A stretch of 61,592 nucleotides of DNA from Candidatus Calescibacterium sp. (GTDB lineage: Bacteria > Calescibacteriota > Calescibacteriia > Calescibacteriales > Calescibacteriaceae), in NCBI GenBank assembly GCA_032249135.1, contig JAVVGL010000012.1:1-61592 (forward strand), written 5' to 3'. Shown here piece by piece: positions 20,739 through 30,625 of the stretch. How positions within the stretch are numbered: position 1 is the stretch's first letter; each line of letters opens with the position of its first letter. A model generated the notes under the pieces. The model was given only the letters and a program-made list of their open reading frames with translations, ran no database searches and had not been told where the DNA came from. The translations under genes were made by a program, and so were the position numbers.

Positions 20739-21774
20739 GTCCTTCTTCTACCTCGGGAATTATCTCATAGCATTTTTCTTTGAAAAAGTCTATTTGAGAT
20801 TCTTTTTTTGTAGGTTCCCATTTTATAGAAATTTTTCCTATTTTTGGGCAAACTTGGAAAGGATTTTCTTTATTCTTTTTGAGATCTTGATTATCAAATC
20901 TCACAGATTCTTGAGTTTCTATTTTCCCAATTTTTAAAAAACACATTCTTGATTGAGATAAATCCTCTGAGAAATTTATGAAAAAGTCTCCTGTAAGCGA
21001 TATTTTCAGTATAGTATCTTTTGCTTGTTCTTCTTGCTCATAATTGAAATTTTTTACTACTATATTTTGTATTATTGCTGATTTTGTTTTTTTATCTTTT
21101 GGTTTTTGGGAGAAATTAATATATATGGAAAGATATTGAGTATTAAATTTTATTTCCTTATCACTTATTTTTTCTTTTTCGTAGCGAAATTCTGCTGATA
21201 TTTTGAACGATAGAAGGTCAAATTTTTCTTTCACTTCGCGGCAATTTCCGAAACCTATATTATATCTGCAAAAATTTATAGTGTCAATCTCTAAATCTAA
21301 TTTCCCTATGTTCAAAGATTTTTGTCTTTGTGTTTCATTATAATAAATTTTGAGATCTAAATCAAGATTTAATATTTTTTCACCTCTCACTCCCTTTATA
21401 TTGCAATTTCCTCTTGACTGAAAAAAATCAGTCTCTTTTTTTATATCTAAACAATCTGAAAATGAATATTTTTCAATATTCGGGAAAACTGGAATTAGCT
21501 CGTTTAAATCGGGGAGGGTTTTTCTTAGCATAGACTTGCTTTCTTCAAAAACTACCGAGTGAATTGAATTTGTATTTTCAGTTATATTAGAATCTATATT
21601 CTGCATGAATTTATATAGCATGAATAAAAAAGCAAAAGTTGTATATGCTTCGGAAATATTATTGCTTTTATTCTCTGGATTACAATCCGCTGAGAAATTT
21701 AATGTTATTATTAAAAGAAACAGAGCTCTAATATATCTGGTATTTGCATATTTTTTCTTTTTTCTCCTTTCCAC
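20710..21774 (-). CDS. Hypothetical exported protein, possible lipoprotein, several Cys
   Basis: 354-aa ORF; basic then hydrophobic N-terminus ending ..SADC; beta-rich body. Confidence 0.6.
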   Translation of the reverse strand: MERRKKKKYANTRYIRALFLLIITLNFSADCNPENKSNNISEAYTTFAFLFMLYKFMQNIDSNITENTNSIHSVVFEESKSMLRKTLPDLNELIPVFPNIEKYSFSDCLDIKKETDFFQSRGNCNIKGVRGEKILNLDLDLKIYYNETQRQKSLNIGKLDLEIDTINFCRYNIGFGNCREVKEKFDLLSFKISAEFRYEKEKISDKEIKFNTQYLSIYINFSQKPKDKKTKSAIIQNIVVKNFNYEQEEQAKDTILKISLTGDFFINFSEDLSQSRMCFLKIGKIETQESVRFDNQDLKKNKENPFQVCPKIGKISIKWEPTKKESQIDFFKEKCYEIIPEVEEGLKVGLCSYP

Positions 21775-21839
21775 TTTTAAAAATAGTAATGTTTGGATTA
21801 GGAATTTTACTATCTTTTTTTGAGGATAAAAAGATTTAT

Positions 21840-23033
21840 TTACACTTTCTGTGTTGTTTTTTGAGCTTCCCTTTCTTTCTTCTTTTTCTGCAATGCGTAA
21901 ATATCATAAGCCAGCGATGAAACAACAAATATAGATGAGTATGTACCTATAACGAGACCAATCAGAAATATTATTCCTATGTCACGCAGAGTTTTTGTTC
22001 CAAATATTGTTATTGTAAGTGTTGGGAAAAGAACTGTCAGAACTGTGATTATAGTTCTTGATAGTGTTTCACTTATTGCTCTATTGAAAATGTCTTCTGT
22101 CCAAGCAATTCTTGCAATCTTCAATTTTTCTCTTATTCTATCAGCAATTATTATTGAGTCATTGATTGAATACCCTATGAGTGTTAGTATTGCCGCAAGG
22201 GTTGGTAAGGATAGTTCTACTCCCAAAACAGATGCTATTCCCAAAGTTATGAGTGAGTCATGAAACAAAGATATTGCTGCACCTACTGCGAACCTCCATT
22301 CAAACCTCAAAACTATGTATATTGAAATACCAATAATACTGAATATTACTGCATATATTCCTTTTTTTCTGAGTTCTGCACCTATGAGTGAGCCTACTGA
22401 TTCTACCTTTTCTGTTTTAAATTTTCCTATTTTTTCAAGTTTTTCCATTATAGCTGTTCCTGCATCTTTTCCTTCTGCTTTTGCCTTTTCTACAAAATCA
22501 AGAGGAAGTTTTATTAAAAACTCATTTTTCCCTATGCTCTGAATATTTCCTTCTCCAAATACTTCTCTTATTTTCCCTATATCTATTGTACCTTCGCCTT
22601 CATATTTTACAGTTGCAGATACTCCACCTTTAAAATCAGTTGAAAGCGGAACTCTTCCTGAAAATATAACAAATAAAGAGAAAGCAAAGAGTGCAGATGA
22701 GATAGCATAAGCTATCTTCCTGAATTTCAGAAAATTTATTATTTTACCGTACGGAAAGAGAGAGAAAAACTTTGTGGTTATGAGTTTTGGAGTATGCTTT
22801 ACGGTAGGTTGGATTTTCGGTGTAATAGGTTGCGTTTTTGCTTGAACTTTTGGTTGAGGCTGAACGGGAGTGGTATGTACTTTCGTATCTTGTTTTTTTG
22901 TATCTAGTTGTGTAGTTACTTTACCATCTTCCCTTTTTTCTTCTATCTTTTTTTCTGCTTCCTTTTCCTCGTGAGGTTTTTCTACTTTTGGTTCTTTGAA
23001 AATCTTTTTTTTGAATTTATCTTTTTCTGCCAT
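21840..23033 (-). CDS. secF: Protein translocase subunit SecF with low-complexity N-terminal extension
   Basis: DFKGG, RFEWRF, HD, GYSINDSIIIADRIRE, TLSRTI, GTYSSIF. Confidence 0.95.
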   Translation of the reverse strand: MAEKDKFKKKIFKEPKVEKPHEEKEAEKKIEEKREDGKVTTQLDTKKQDTKVHTTPVQPQPKVQAKTQPITPKIQPTVKHTPKLITTKFFSLFPYGKIINFLKFRKIAYAISSALFAFSLFVIFSGRVPLSTDFKGGVSATVKYEGEGTIDIGKIREVFGEGNIQSIGKNEFLIKLPLDFVEKAKAEGKDAGTAIMEKLEKIGKFKTEKVESVGSLIGAELRKKGIYAVIFSIIGISIYIVLRFEWRFAVGAAISLFHDSLITLGIASVLGVELSLPTLAAILTLIGYSINDSIIIADRIREKLKIARIAWTEDIFNRAISETLSRTIITVLTVLFPTLTITIFGTKTLRDIGIIFLIGLVIGTYSSIFVVSSLAYDIYALQKKKKEREAQKTTQKV

Positions 23034-23051
23034 TTTCTTTTTCCTCCTTCC

Positions 23052-24674
23052 TTATATACTAAAAATTCTCCTTTGGAGCAGTGAGTCAAGAATTGTTTTT
23101 GAGCAGAAAACTGCTCCATACATCGCTCCTAAAATTCCTATTGAAAGTGTTAGTGCAAATCCTCTCACCGGACCTGTTCCAAACTGAAAAATAAATAAAG
23201 CTGCGATAAGCGTTGTCAGGTTTGCGTCTATTATTGTTGCCATACCAAGTTTATGACCTGCCTCTACTGCTGGTTTTATAACCTGTTTTCTCAAAAGTTC
23301 TTCTCTTATTCTCTCAAAAATTATAATGTTATTATCAACAGCCATTCCAACTGTTAGCGCAAGACCTGCAATTCCGGGTAATGTTAAGGTTGCTCCAAAC
23401 AAAGATAATATAGATAGTGTAAATAAAATAGTGATTACAACTCCTATCACAGCTACAAATCCTGATATCCTGTAATATGAGAGCATAAACAGGGCAACAA
23501 GTACGGCTCCTGTGACCGATGCTATTATACCTTTTTTTATTGAGTCTTCACCCAAAGATGGACCTACAGTTCTTTCTTCTTCAAATTCAACAGGAGCTGG
23601 CAGAGCTCCTGCCCTCAGAACTGCTGCTAATTCCTTTGCTTCCTCTATCGTGAATCTTCCCTCTATCGTTGCGACTCCCCCAGATATTTTCTCTCGTATA
23701 ACTGGGGCAGAAAAAACTTTTTCGTCAAGAATTATTGCAAGTCTTTTTCCCACATTTTCTCCTGTTATTTTTTCAAATCTTTTTGCTCCTTCTGAGTTGA
23801 ATGATATAAGAACGTAAGGTTCATTAGTTATTGTGTTCATTCTCACAACTGCATTTCTTAAAAACTCTCCTGTTATTTCTGATATGGATTCAAGTAGATA
23901 AGTTCTCCATATATTACCTTTTTCACCTTTACCTATAAAGATTATCCGCCCAGGCGGTGGATTGAGATTTTTTATAAAATTTGCAAGTTTTTCGTAGTCT
24001 TTCTCATATACCCAAAGATAAGAAACCGTTTTACCACCTGCTCCAATTTCTGTTCCCTTATATATTCCCTCTTCTGGTGTTATCGTAGCAAAGAAATCAT
24101 TTTCATCATCTACTATTCTGAATTCAAGTAGTGCGGTTCTTCCTATTATTCTTTTTGCCTGTGATGGGTCCTGAATTCCGGGGAGTTGGACGACAATATT
24201 TGATTTACCGTATCTGAATATTTGGGGTTCTGCTATCCCGAATTCATCTACTCTCGCTCTTATTGTAGATAGAGCCTGATTTACCGCAAATTCCTCAATC
24301 TCCTTTATTTCCTCTTCTTTTAGGGTAAAAATGTGATATTCTTTATCTTCAAAGAAAGCGGAACCTTCATAATTGAAAGACGGAAAATCCTTTTTTATTT
24401 TTTCTATAAAATCTGGGGATGCGGAAACATAGATTTTTGTATCTTCAAAACGAACTGGATGTTCAGTAGTTTGCTCACCGTATGTTTTTTCATATTCGCT
24501 CAGTATTTCTGAAGCTATTCTTTCTGTGAATTTTTTCACTGCTATGTCTTGCCTGACATTAAGGAGAAAGTATGAGCCACCTTTGAGATCAAGCCCAAGC
24601 TTTATCCCTTTCCACCATATGATTACGCCAAAAACTATTGCTGATATTACAACGATTGCAAGTCTTATCCTCAT
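23052..24674 (-). CDS. secD: Protein translocase subunit SecD
   Basis: LGLDLKGG, RVDEFGIAEP, LRAGALPAP, VGPSLG, GMAVDNNIIIFERIREE. Confidence 0.97.
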   Translation of the reverse strand: MRIRLAIVVISAIVFGVIIWWKGIKLGLDLKGGSYFLLNVRQDIAVKKFTERIASEILSEYEKTYGEQTTEHPVRFEDTKIYVSASPDFIEKIKKDFPSFNYEGSAFFEDKEYHIFTLKEEEIKEIEEFAVNQALSTIRARVDEFGIAEPQIFRYGKSNIVVQLPGIQDPSQAKRIIGRTALLEFRIVDDENDFFATITPEEGIYKGTEIGAGGKTVSYLWVYEKDYEKLANFIKNLNPPPGRIIFIGKGEKGNIWRTYLLESISEITGEFLRNAVVRMNTITNEPYVLISFNSEGAKRFEKITGENVGKRLAIILDEKVFSAPVIREKISGGVATIEGRFTIEEAKELAAVLRAGALPAPVEFEEERTVGPSLGEDSIKKGIIASVTGAVLVALFMLSYYRISGFVAVIGVVITILFTLSILSLFGATLTLPGIAGLALTVGMAVDNNIIIFERIREELLRKQVIKPAVEAGHKLGMATIIDANLTTLIAALFIFQFGTGPVRGFALTLSIGILGAMYGAVFCSKTILDSLLQRRIFSI

Positions 24675-24917
24675 ATATAAACCGAATAGTATTCAGCCAA
24701 ATTTCTTTTTCAGAAAAATCAATAAATTTAAAAATTTCTCCTCTGTTGATTTTTATTCTAAATTAAGCTTTCTATTCATATTCATAAAGACTTTGTTTGT
24801 GGAGTTCTGTATAGTTTCAGAATTTATATACACCTTTTATATCAGCTTTTGGTTAATTTTTGTATTTTTAGGTTAATTCTGGAATTGCTCTTTTGGTGAG
24901 TATTAAATTTTATACTA

Positions 24918-25574
24918 ATGGAAGGCATAAGAATGATGATTTTCAAACCTTTACCTCACGAGTTTGGATTAAGAATTAATGTTGTTCCTGCTTCAATCTC
25001 TGCCGCGTGGGTTGCTGGATGGGAAATAGGAAACACAGTAAGGATGGTAGAGCAAGTTTTGAGGGAAGGTGGAATACCTATTTTCTCTCTTGTTAGTGTA
25101 AGATTCGCTTTTTCTGGTTCGGAGCTCGTTGCGGTTGGAGGAAAATCCGAGGTTTATTTTATAAAAAGAGAAAGCGGAACGAATTCCCCGCAAGGTGTAA
25201 AATTTCCTCAAAGTTTATTGCCCTCATCAGAGCCAAAACCCAAAAAAGCCCAATCTCCTTTATCTTGGGATGAAGTTTCATGGCTGCACAGAATCCTATC
25301 AAAAAGCAAGGGGAAATCAAATTTAGGTCAGAGGAGTTCGGGTGAAGAAAATCTGGATATGACAAATCCAATAAATTTACAACAGAATTTGTTCTCTCTT
25401 CTTGCATTCCTTTCTTTAAGGGATGATGAGAGATCTCGGGAGATAAGGGATGAAGTTTTAAGGGATTATTTTCTTTTTCTTTCCGGAATAATCTCAGAAG
25501 AGCAATTTGCAAGACGCCTCAGAAATTTTGATATGAAAGCAAAAGCTGGACTTTTTGTATCGGTATATGCGTAG
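24918..25574 (+). CDS. Hypothetical protein
   Basis: 218-aa ORF filling the gap between secD and the porin gene; ends GLFVSVYA. Confidence 0.6.
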   Translation: MEGIRMMIFKPLPHEFGLRINVVPASISAAWVAGWEIGNTVRMVEQVLREGGIPIFSLVSVRFAFSGSELVAVGGKSEVYFIKRESGTNSPQGVKFPQSLLPSSEPKPKKAQSPLSWDEVSWLHRILSKSKGKSNLGQRSSGEENLDMTNPINLQQNLFSLLAFLSLRDDERSREIRDEVLRDYFLFLSGIISEEQFARRLRNFDMKAKAGLFVSVYA

Positions 25575-25614
25575 TTTTGTGTTAGGAGATCAGAATAAGT
25601 TCAGAAAAATCAGT

Positions 25615-25629
25615 TGAAAACAATTATCA
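25615..25629. promoter_or_regulatory. Second Fur-box-like site
   Basis: TGAAAAC-A-ATTATCA compared with the 7-1-7 consensus TGATAAT-N-ATTATCA. Confidence 0.5.
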
Positions 25630-25698
25630 TTTGGTAAAATTGTTATGTTCTTTGATATCCCTATATTGAAACAAAAAATTTTTTGAAAATTAAGAAAT

Positions 25699-25718
25699 TG
25701 AAAATGATTTTCATTATC
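25699..25718. promoter_or_regulatory. Fur box
   Basis: GAAAATGATTTTCATTATC (25700-25718) matches 16/19 of GATAATGATAATCATTATC and overlaps the perfect 7-1-7 palindrome TGAAAAT-G-ATTTTCA; just upstream of the GGAGGTG RBS. Confidence 0.75.
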
Positions 25719-25741
25719 ATAAAAATTGGAGGTGATAAAAA

Positions 25742-27223
25742 ATGAAAAACTGCACGGAAGAAGATATAAATAAAAAAGAAAAAGGCAACTCGTATGCGCT
25801 GAGCTCAAAAACCATTACCAAATCTGCTGTTTTACTAAAATCCACTTTCCTATTATTACCCTTCTTCTTTTTGTTCTCATGTTTTTTCTTCGCAAAACTT
25901 TCTTTTGCTTATGAGAGAGAAGGAGGAATATCAGTCGGAGCTTATGGCTCAACTCGCCTTGAAATCTCAAAAGATACCATCACATTCACACTAAGAAGAA
26001 TAGTTCCTACCTTTTCTGCTACGGTAAAGGAAAGACTTAGGTTCTACACAGAACTTGAGTTTGAAAGGTTCGGACTCCTTGAACTTCAAGAAAACTTCTC
26101 CCCACAGAAAGATAAACCTATTGAGATGAAAACAGAAATTGAAGGTTCTCGTGGGTCTGAAATAAAGCTTGAACAGATGTGGGGAGAGTTTGAATATGCA
26201 AGACCTCTACGTTTCAGAGTCGGAGCAATCTTGCCTCCTTTTGGTAGATTCAATATTCTGCACGATGATGACCTGTGGGAACCTGCAAGAAGACCTCTAT
26301 CTGTGAGAGATAGAACTGTACTACCAGAAAAAGTAGCTTGGACCGAAATTGGTCTGGGTTTTACTGGAAACTTTGATATAGGGAATTCTCTTTCCGGATA
26401 CGAGCTATATGTGGTAAATGGCGTGACTTTGGAACATGATATTGAATTCTATCTTTCTCGGCACGAACCGGCTGATAACCCCCCTCACAACATGCTTAAA
26501 GTTGAGGGTGTTATAAAGCCTCGTTTCGGAAACTTTGCTTTGGACTCAAAGAAAGAGAAGGCTTTGACGGGAAGATTCTTTTTTGCTCCGGCTCTCGGAC
26601 ATGAAATAGGAATCTCCGGGTATTTCGGAAGATATACTCCATCTTTTTTACCTTCTGCTAATGTTTGGACTGCTGCTTTTGATTTCAAAACAGAGGTTCT
26701 TCCGTTTTTAGATATAGAGGGTGAATACGCTTATACTCAGTTCCAAAAACTTTCTGATGTAATGGCTGCGATAGGGAAAAGAATATACAACAAAGAAGTT
26801 GAAGTTTTATTTCAAGAGGGAGCAACCGGTGTTAAAGTTAAAGGAGCAAGTAAAATTGAGCTTGAAATGACTGTAAAAAAAGATGTTCTTGCTGATATAA
26901 AGCACGGTGGTTGGGTTCTCATAAGGTTAAAGTTCTTCCCTTCATTCCTCAAAAATACTCCCTTGTATCTTGATGACTCATCAAAGTTTGTTTTATTTTT
27001 GCGACCAGAAATTGTCTCATTCTCAGGGCTAATATCAAAAATTGATATAAAAGAGGGAGAAACTGAATTAGGGAAAAAATCTGATCTTGTTTTCAGGATA
27101 ACTCCGGGTTTAGCTTACAGACCTACTGATACATGGGTTTTTTCTATATCTTATGAGATAACGAAGCAAAAAGGAAATCCAGTTCAAAATGTTTTTCTTT
27201 TTGGGTTTGCATTTGGGCTTTGA
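25742..27223 (+). CDS. Outer-membrane beta-barrel porin
   Basis: Signal peptide ending ..SFA; RFYTELEFE, LEQMW, FRVGAILPPFGRFNILHD, GLAYRP; amphipathic terminal strand FLFGFAFGL. Confidence 0.8.
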   Translation: MKNCTEEDINKKEKGNSYALSSKTITKSAVLLKSTFLLLPFFFLFSCFFFAKLSFAYEREGGISVGAYGSTRLEISKDTITFTLRRIVPTFSATVKERLRFYTELEFERFGLLELQENFSPQKDKPIEMKTEIEGSRGSEIKLEQMWGEFEYARPLRFRVGAILPPFGRFNILHDDDLWEPARRPLSVRDRTVLPEKVAWTEIGLGFTGNFDIGNSLSGYELYVVNGVTLEHDIEFYLSRHEPADNPPHNMLKVEGVIKPRFGNFALDSKKEKALTGRFFFAPALGHEIGISGYFGRYTPSFLPSANVWTAAFDFKTEVLPFLDIEGEYAYTQFQKLSDVMAAIGKRIYNKEVEVLFQEGATGVKVKGASKIELEMTVKKDVLADIKHGGWVLIRLKFFPSFLKNTPLYLDDSSKFVLFLRPEIVSFSGLISKIDIKEGETELGKKSDLVFRITPGLAYRPTDTWVFSISYEITKQKGNPVQNVFLFGFAFGL

Positions 27224-27233
27224 TTAAGTAAAA

Positions 27234-28442
27234 ATGGAAGCTATGCTTTTCTTTATCCTAGTAGTTTTGGGGGAGACGCTCTCTTCTGATAAAATAATGA
27301 GTATTTCTCGGAGCGTCTTCCCCGCATACTCTTACTTTGAGTATGTTGAGCTTGAAATATCTGATTACGACAAATTTATTTCTATTTTGCAGCCTGTGAA
27401 GCCTTCTTTTGATGAGAAATTAGTTTCTGCTGTTTTAGTACGAGAAAACCAAAACTCACAGAAAATATTGGGTTTTTGCGCTGTTTTGAATGAAATAGGA
27501 AAAGAGATGCCAATTACTTTTCTTGTATGTATATCTCGGGAGAAAGAAGTACCCGAGGTCTCTTACATTGATGTTCTTGTTTATAGGGAAACAAGGGGAG
27601 GGGAGATAAGATCAAAGTTGTTTTTGAAGCAGTTTTTTGGTAAAAGCGAAAAAGACCCAGTTTCTGTTGGAAAAGATATAAGAAACATAAAAGGAGCCAC
27701 TTTGTCTGCATGGGCTACAACTCGTGTTGTCAAGAAAGCTTTTGCTATATCAAAAGGAATTGATTTGGGGTTCGTTAAAGTAAAATCAAGAAAAGAAATC
27801 AGCTTTTTACCTTCTTATTCTGTTTATAGTTTTTCAAAATGTTATCCTGTTGGAGATTCTTATCTTTGTGTTGATATATATGATTTTGACGGTGATTTTT
27901 CTAAGTTAGACAAGTTTAATTCTTTTATTTTTCAGATTTCTTCTGAATTTGAAAGTTTTTACTTTTCAGGTTCAAAATCTCAAAAAATTCTTTCTCTCAT
28001 AAGAAAATATGAAATTCTGAGAGATTTTATAAATATTTTTGATATATATTGGAGAAGTTTTGAAAAACCTGATCTTGGAGGCGTCTGGAAAGGATATGTT
28101 GTTGATGTTGTAAAAGATTTTCTTTTCAATCAAGGTTTTTCTGATTTTGATATATCTTTCGGTTGGTCATCTTTTTTCTTCTCAAAAGAAAGGCAGGTTA
28201 AGATTTTTGATAGAGATTTTTTCGTTCAGGGAGCAGTTTCTGTTTCAGATGCGGATTCTGATTATAGCCTGATTTTTAATCCGGTCTCAAAAAGTTTTGT
28301 GCGAAAAGAGGAAAAAGTTGCAGTTATTCATAAAAGCGCTGAATTTTCTGATTTCTTATCTACGCTTTGCATAATCTGGGAAAAATGTGAGCGTTTTGTT
28401 GAAATATCAGGGGGAAAGGTTATAAGAGAAAAAACAAAATAA
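27234..28442 (+). CDS. FMN-binding domain fused to a reduced ApbE-like (flavin transferase) domain
   Basis: N-half: GKEMPITFLV..YRETRGGEI..FLKQFFGK..IRNIKGATLS. C-half: DLGGVWKGYVVD, AVSVS, IFNP, VAVIHKSAEFSDFLST. Confidence 0.75.
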   Translation: MEAMLFFILVVLGETLSSDKIMSISRSVFPAYSYFEYVELEISDYDKFISILQPVKPSFDEKLVSAVLVRENQNSQKILGFCAVLNEIGKEMPITFLVCISREKEVPEVSYIDVLVYRETRGGEIRSKLFLKQFFGKSEKDPVSVGKDIRNIKGATLSAWATTRVVKKAFAISKGIDLGFVKVKSRKEISFLPSYSVYSFSKCYPVGDSYLCVDIYDFDGDFSKLDKFNSFIFQISSEFESFYFSGSKSQKILSLIRKYEILRDFINIFDIYWRSFEKPDLGGVWKGYVVDVVKDFLFNQGFSDFDISFGWSSFFFSKERQVKIFDRDFFVQGAVSVSDADSDYSLIFNPVSKSFVRKEEKVAVIHKSAEFSDFLSTLCIIWEKCERFVEISGGKVIREKTK

Positions 28443-28507
28443 ATTTTTACAAAATTTTCTCAATTTTTGTGGAAAATTGTTCTCTTTCTGATTAAATTGA
28501 ACTTGTT

Positions 28508-29506
28508 ATGATTTGGGCTCTATTTTTACTTTTTGAAATTACCATAAAAATGGGGTCTTTATCCCCAGAAGGCAGCTCTTACATGATAATCGCTAATAAG
28601 ATGAAAGATGAGTTTGAAAAAATCACAGGTGGAAAAGTCAAAATTGTCTGGTATGGAGGAGGTGTGATGGGAGATGAACCTGAGATGGTCAGAAAAATAA
28701 AAATGGGGCAACTTAACGGAGGAGGATTTACGGGGTATGGATTGGGAATAATAGAAAAAAGCATAAGAATTCTTGAACTCCCGGGATTATTTGAAGATTA
28801 CGATGAGTTCTACTATGTGTGGGAAAAAATGCAGGATGATTTCAAAATGAGGTTCAGAGAAAAAGGATTTGAGTTATTGGCTTACTTCCCAATAGGAAAA
28901 GTTTATGTTTTTTCTAACAAACCTATAAGCAAACTTGATGATTTTTCCGGAGTAAAACTTTGGGTTTGGTCAGGAGACCCACTTGCTGCTGAGACATCTC
29001 AGGTTCTCAAAGGTTATGCTCAACTTATAAATCTCTCAATTGCGGATGTCCTTACAGGGCTTCAGACTGGTATGGTGAATGCATTTTACAACCTACCATA
29101 TGGTGCTCTTGCTTTGCAGTGGTCAAAGCATGTAAAATATATGTTAGATTTCCCTGTAAATATTGCGTCAGGCGGGGTTGTTATTAGCACTAAAACCCTC
29201 GATAAACTCTCTCCTGAACATAAAAAAGCTTTGTATGACCTTTCAGAAAAATACTTCAAAACTTTATCTCGTTCTCTCATTGAAGAAAACAATAAAGCTA
29301 TTGAGGAATTCAAAAAGCAAGGAATAAAATTCATCTCCCCAGACAAAAGTTCCCCTGAATTCAAAAAGATTCTCGAAACATTTACAAAAGTTCATGAGAA
29401 ATTCAAAGGAGAATTTTATACCCCGGAATTATACCAGACTGTTGTGAAATTGAGAGATGAACACAGAGCGACTGAAAAACAAAAATTAAATGAAAAAAGA
29501 AAATAA
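28508..29506 (+). CDS. dctP: TRAP transporter substrate-binding protein (DctP, TatP_T-like)
   Basis: IKMGSLSPEGS, YGGGVMGDE..KIKMGQL, LELP, LQTGMV. Confidence 0.9.
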   Translation: MIWALFLLFEITIKMGSLSPEGSSYMIIANKMKDEFEKITGGKVKIVWYGGGVMGDEPEMVRKIKMGQLNGGGFTGYGLGIIEKSIRILELPGLFEDYDEFYYVWEKMQDDFKMRFREKGFELLAYFPIGKVYVFSNKPISKLDDFSGVKLWVWSGDPLAAETSQVLKGYAQLINLSIADVLTGLQTGMVNAFYNLPYGALALQWSKHVKYMLDFPVNIASGGVVISTKTLDKLSPEHKKALYDLSEKYFKTLSRSLIEENNKAIEEFKKQGIKFISPDKSSPEFKKILETFTKVHEKFKGEFYTPELYQTVVKLRDEHRATEKQKLNEKRK

Positions 29507-29554
29507 TAAATTAAAAATATAAACCAAAAAATTATGAATTAGGAGGTAAAAAAA

Positions 29555-30607
29555 ATGATAAGGATAATAAAAAAACAAAAAATAAAGGCTTCTTATCTAT
29601 TATCTTTTTTGTCTTTACCTTTTTGGCTACTCCTCTTTTCTTCTATTTTTTCTTTTCAAGCTTTTGCTCAGGAAATTGTGTTGAAGTTCGGAACTCTTGC
29701 ACCGTCAGGTTCTGTCTGGGTTGATGTGGTCCAAGAAATTGCAAATCAACTATCTCAGAAAACAAAAGAGAGAATAAAATGGATATCATATACCGGGGGA
29801 GTGATGGGTGATGAGGAGGAGATGATAAGGAAGATAAGGATAGGACAATTGCAGGGGGGAGGCTTTACGATAAATGGAATAAAAAGGATTGCGCCGGAGT
29901 TGGAGGTCTTGGATCTTCCCTTTATGTTCAGAAACGAAAAAGAAGTAGATTACATCTATGAGAAATTTTTTGATGAATTTGAAAAATACTTTGAACAAAG
30001 AGGGTTTAAACTATTACTATTTACAGAACAAGGGTTTATCTATTGGTACTCAAAAAATCCAGATGTGAAAAGCTTTAGAGATATTGGGAAAACCAGGGTT
30101 TGGGCGTGGAAGGGTGAAAGAGTAATGACATCAATTGCTGGAATTTTGGGAACGAGCCCAATATATCTTCAGGTCCCAGATGTTCTTTCTGGTCTTGAAA
30201 CTGGCATGATAGATTCTTTTCAGACAAGTCCGATGGCATGTTTGAGTCTGCAGTGGTGCAAACTTATAAAAGTTGTGATAAACTATCCTTACAGGTTTGA
30301 ACCAGGGGTGGTCGTTGTTTCAAAATCAGCTTGGGATAAAATCCCAAAAGACATTCAAGATGTAGTTATTTCTACTTTCAGGACATACCAAAAGGAAGCT
30401 TCAATGAGAATAAGGCAGGGGCAAGCCGAAAGTTTGGAAAAGCTCAGAAAAATGGGAGTTAAATTCGTCACACCACCGCAGGAGGATGTAGAGTGGTTCA
30501 AAAAGGAGTGTCAGGAAAAATTATGGTATTCAAAAGACGCCGGGTATCCTCAGGAACTTTTGAAAAAAATTGTTTCTGAACTTGAAAAGTTTAGAGCAAA
30601 AAAGTAG
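29555..30607 (+). CDS. dctP: Second TRAP substrate-binding protein (DctP paralog)
   Basis: LKFGTLAPSGS, GGVMGDEEEMIRKIRIGQLQG, LDLPF, LETGMID. Confidence 0.9.
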   Translation: MIRIIKKQKIKASYLLSFLSLPFWLLLFSSIFSFQAFAQEIVLKFGTLAPSGSVWVDVVQEIANQLSQKTKERIKWISYTGGVMGDEEEMIRKIRIGQLQGGGFTINGIKRIAPELEVLDLPFMFRNEKEVDYIYEKFFDEFEKYFEQRGFKLLLFTEQGFIYWYSKNPDVKSFRDIGKTRVWAWKGERVMTSIAGILGTSPIYLQVPDVLSGLETGMIDSFQTSPMACLSLQWCKLIKVVINYPYRFEPGVVVVSKSAWDKIPKDIQDVVISTFRTYQKEASMRIRQGQAESLEKLRKMGVKFVTPPQEDVEWFKKECQEKLWYSKDAGYPQELLKKIVSELEKFRAKK

Positions 30608-30625
30608 TCCGCAAAGAGGAAATAA

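Noticed and set aside
24675-24917. yajC upstream of secD
   Set aside because: No suitable minus-strand ORF; the plus-strand 24526-24876 ORF is a shadow.
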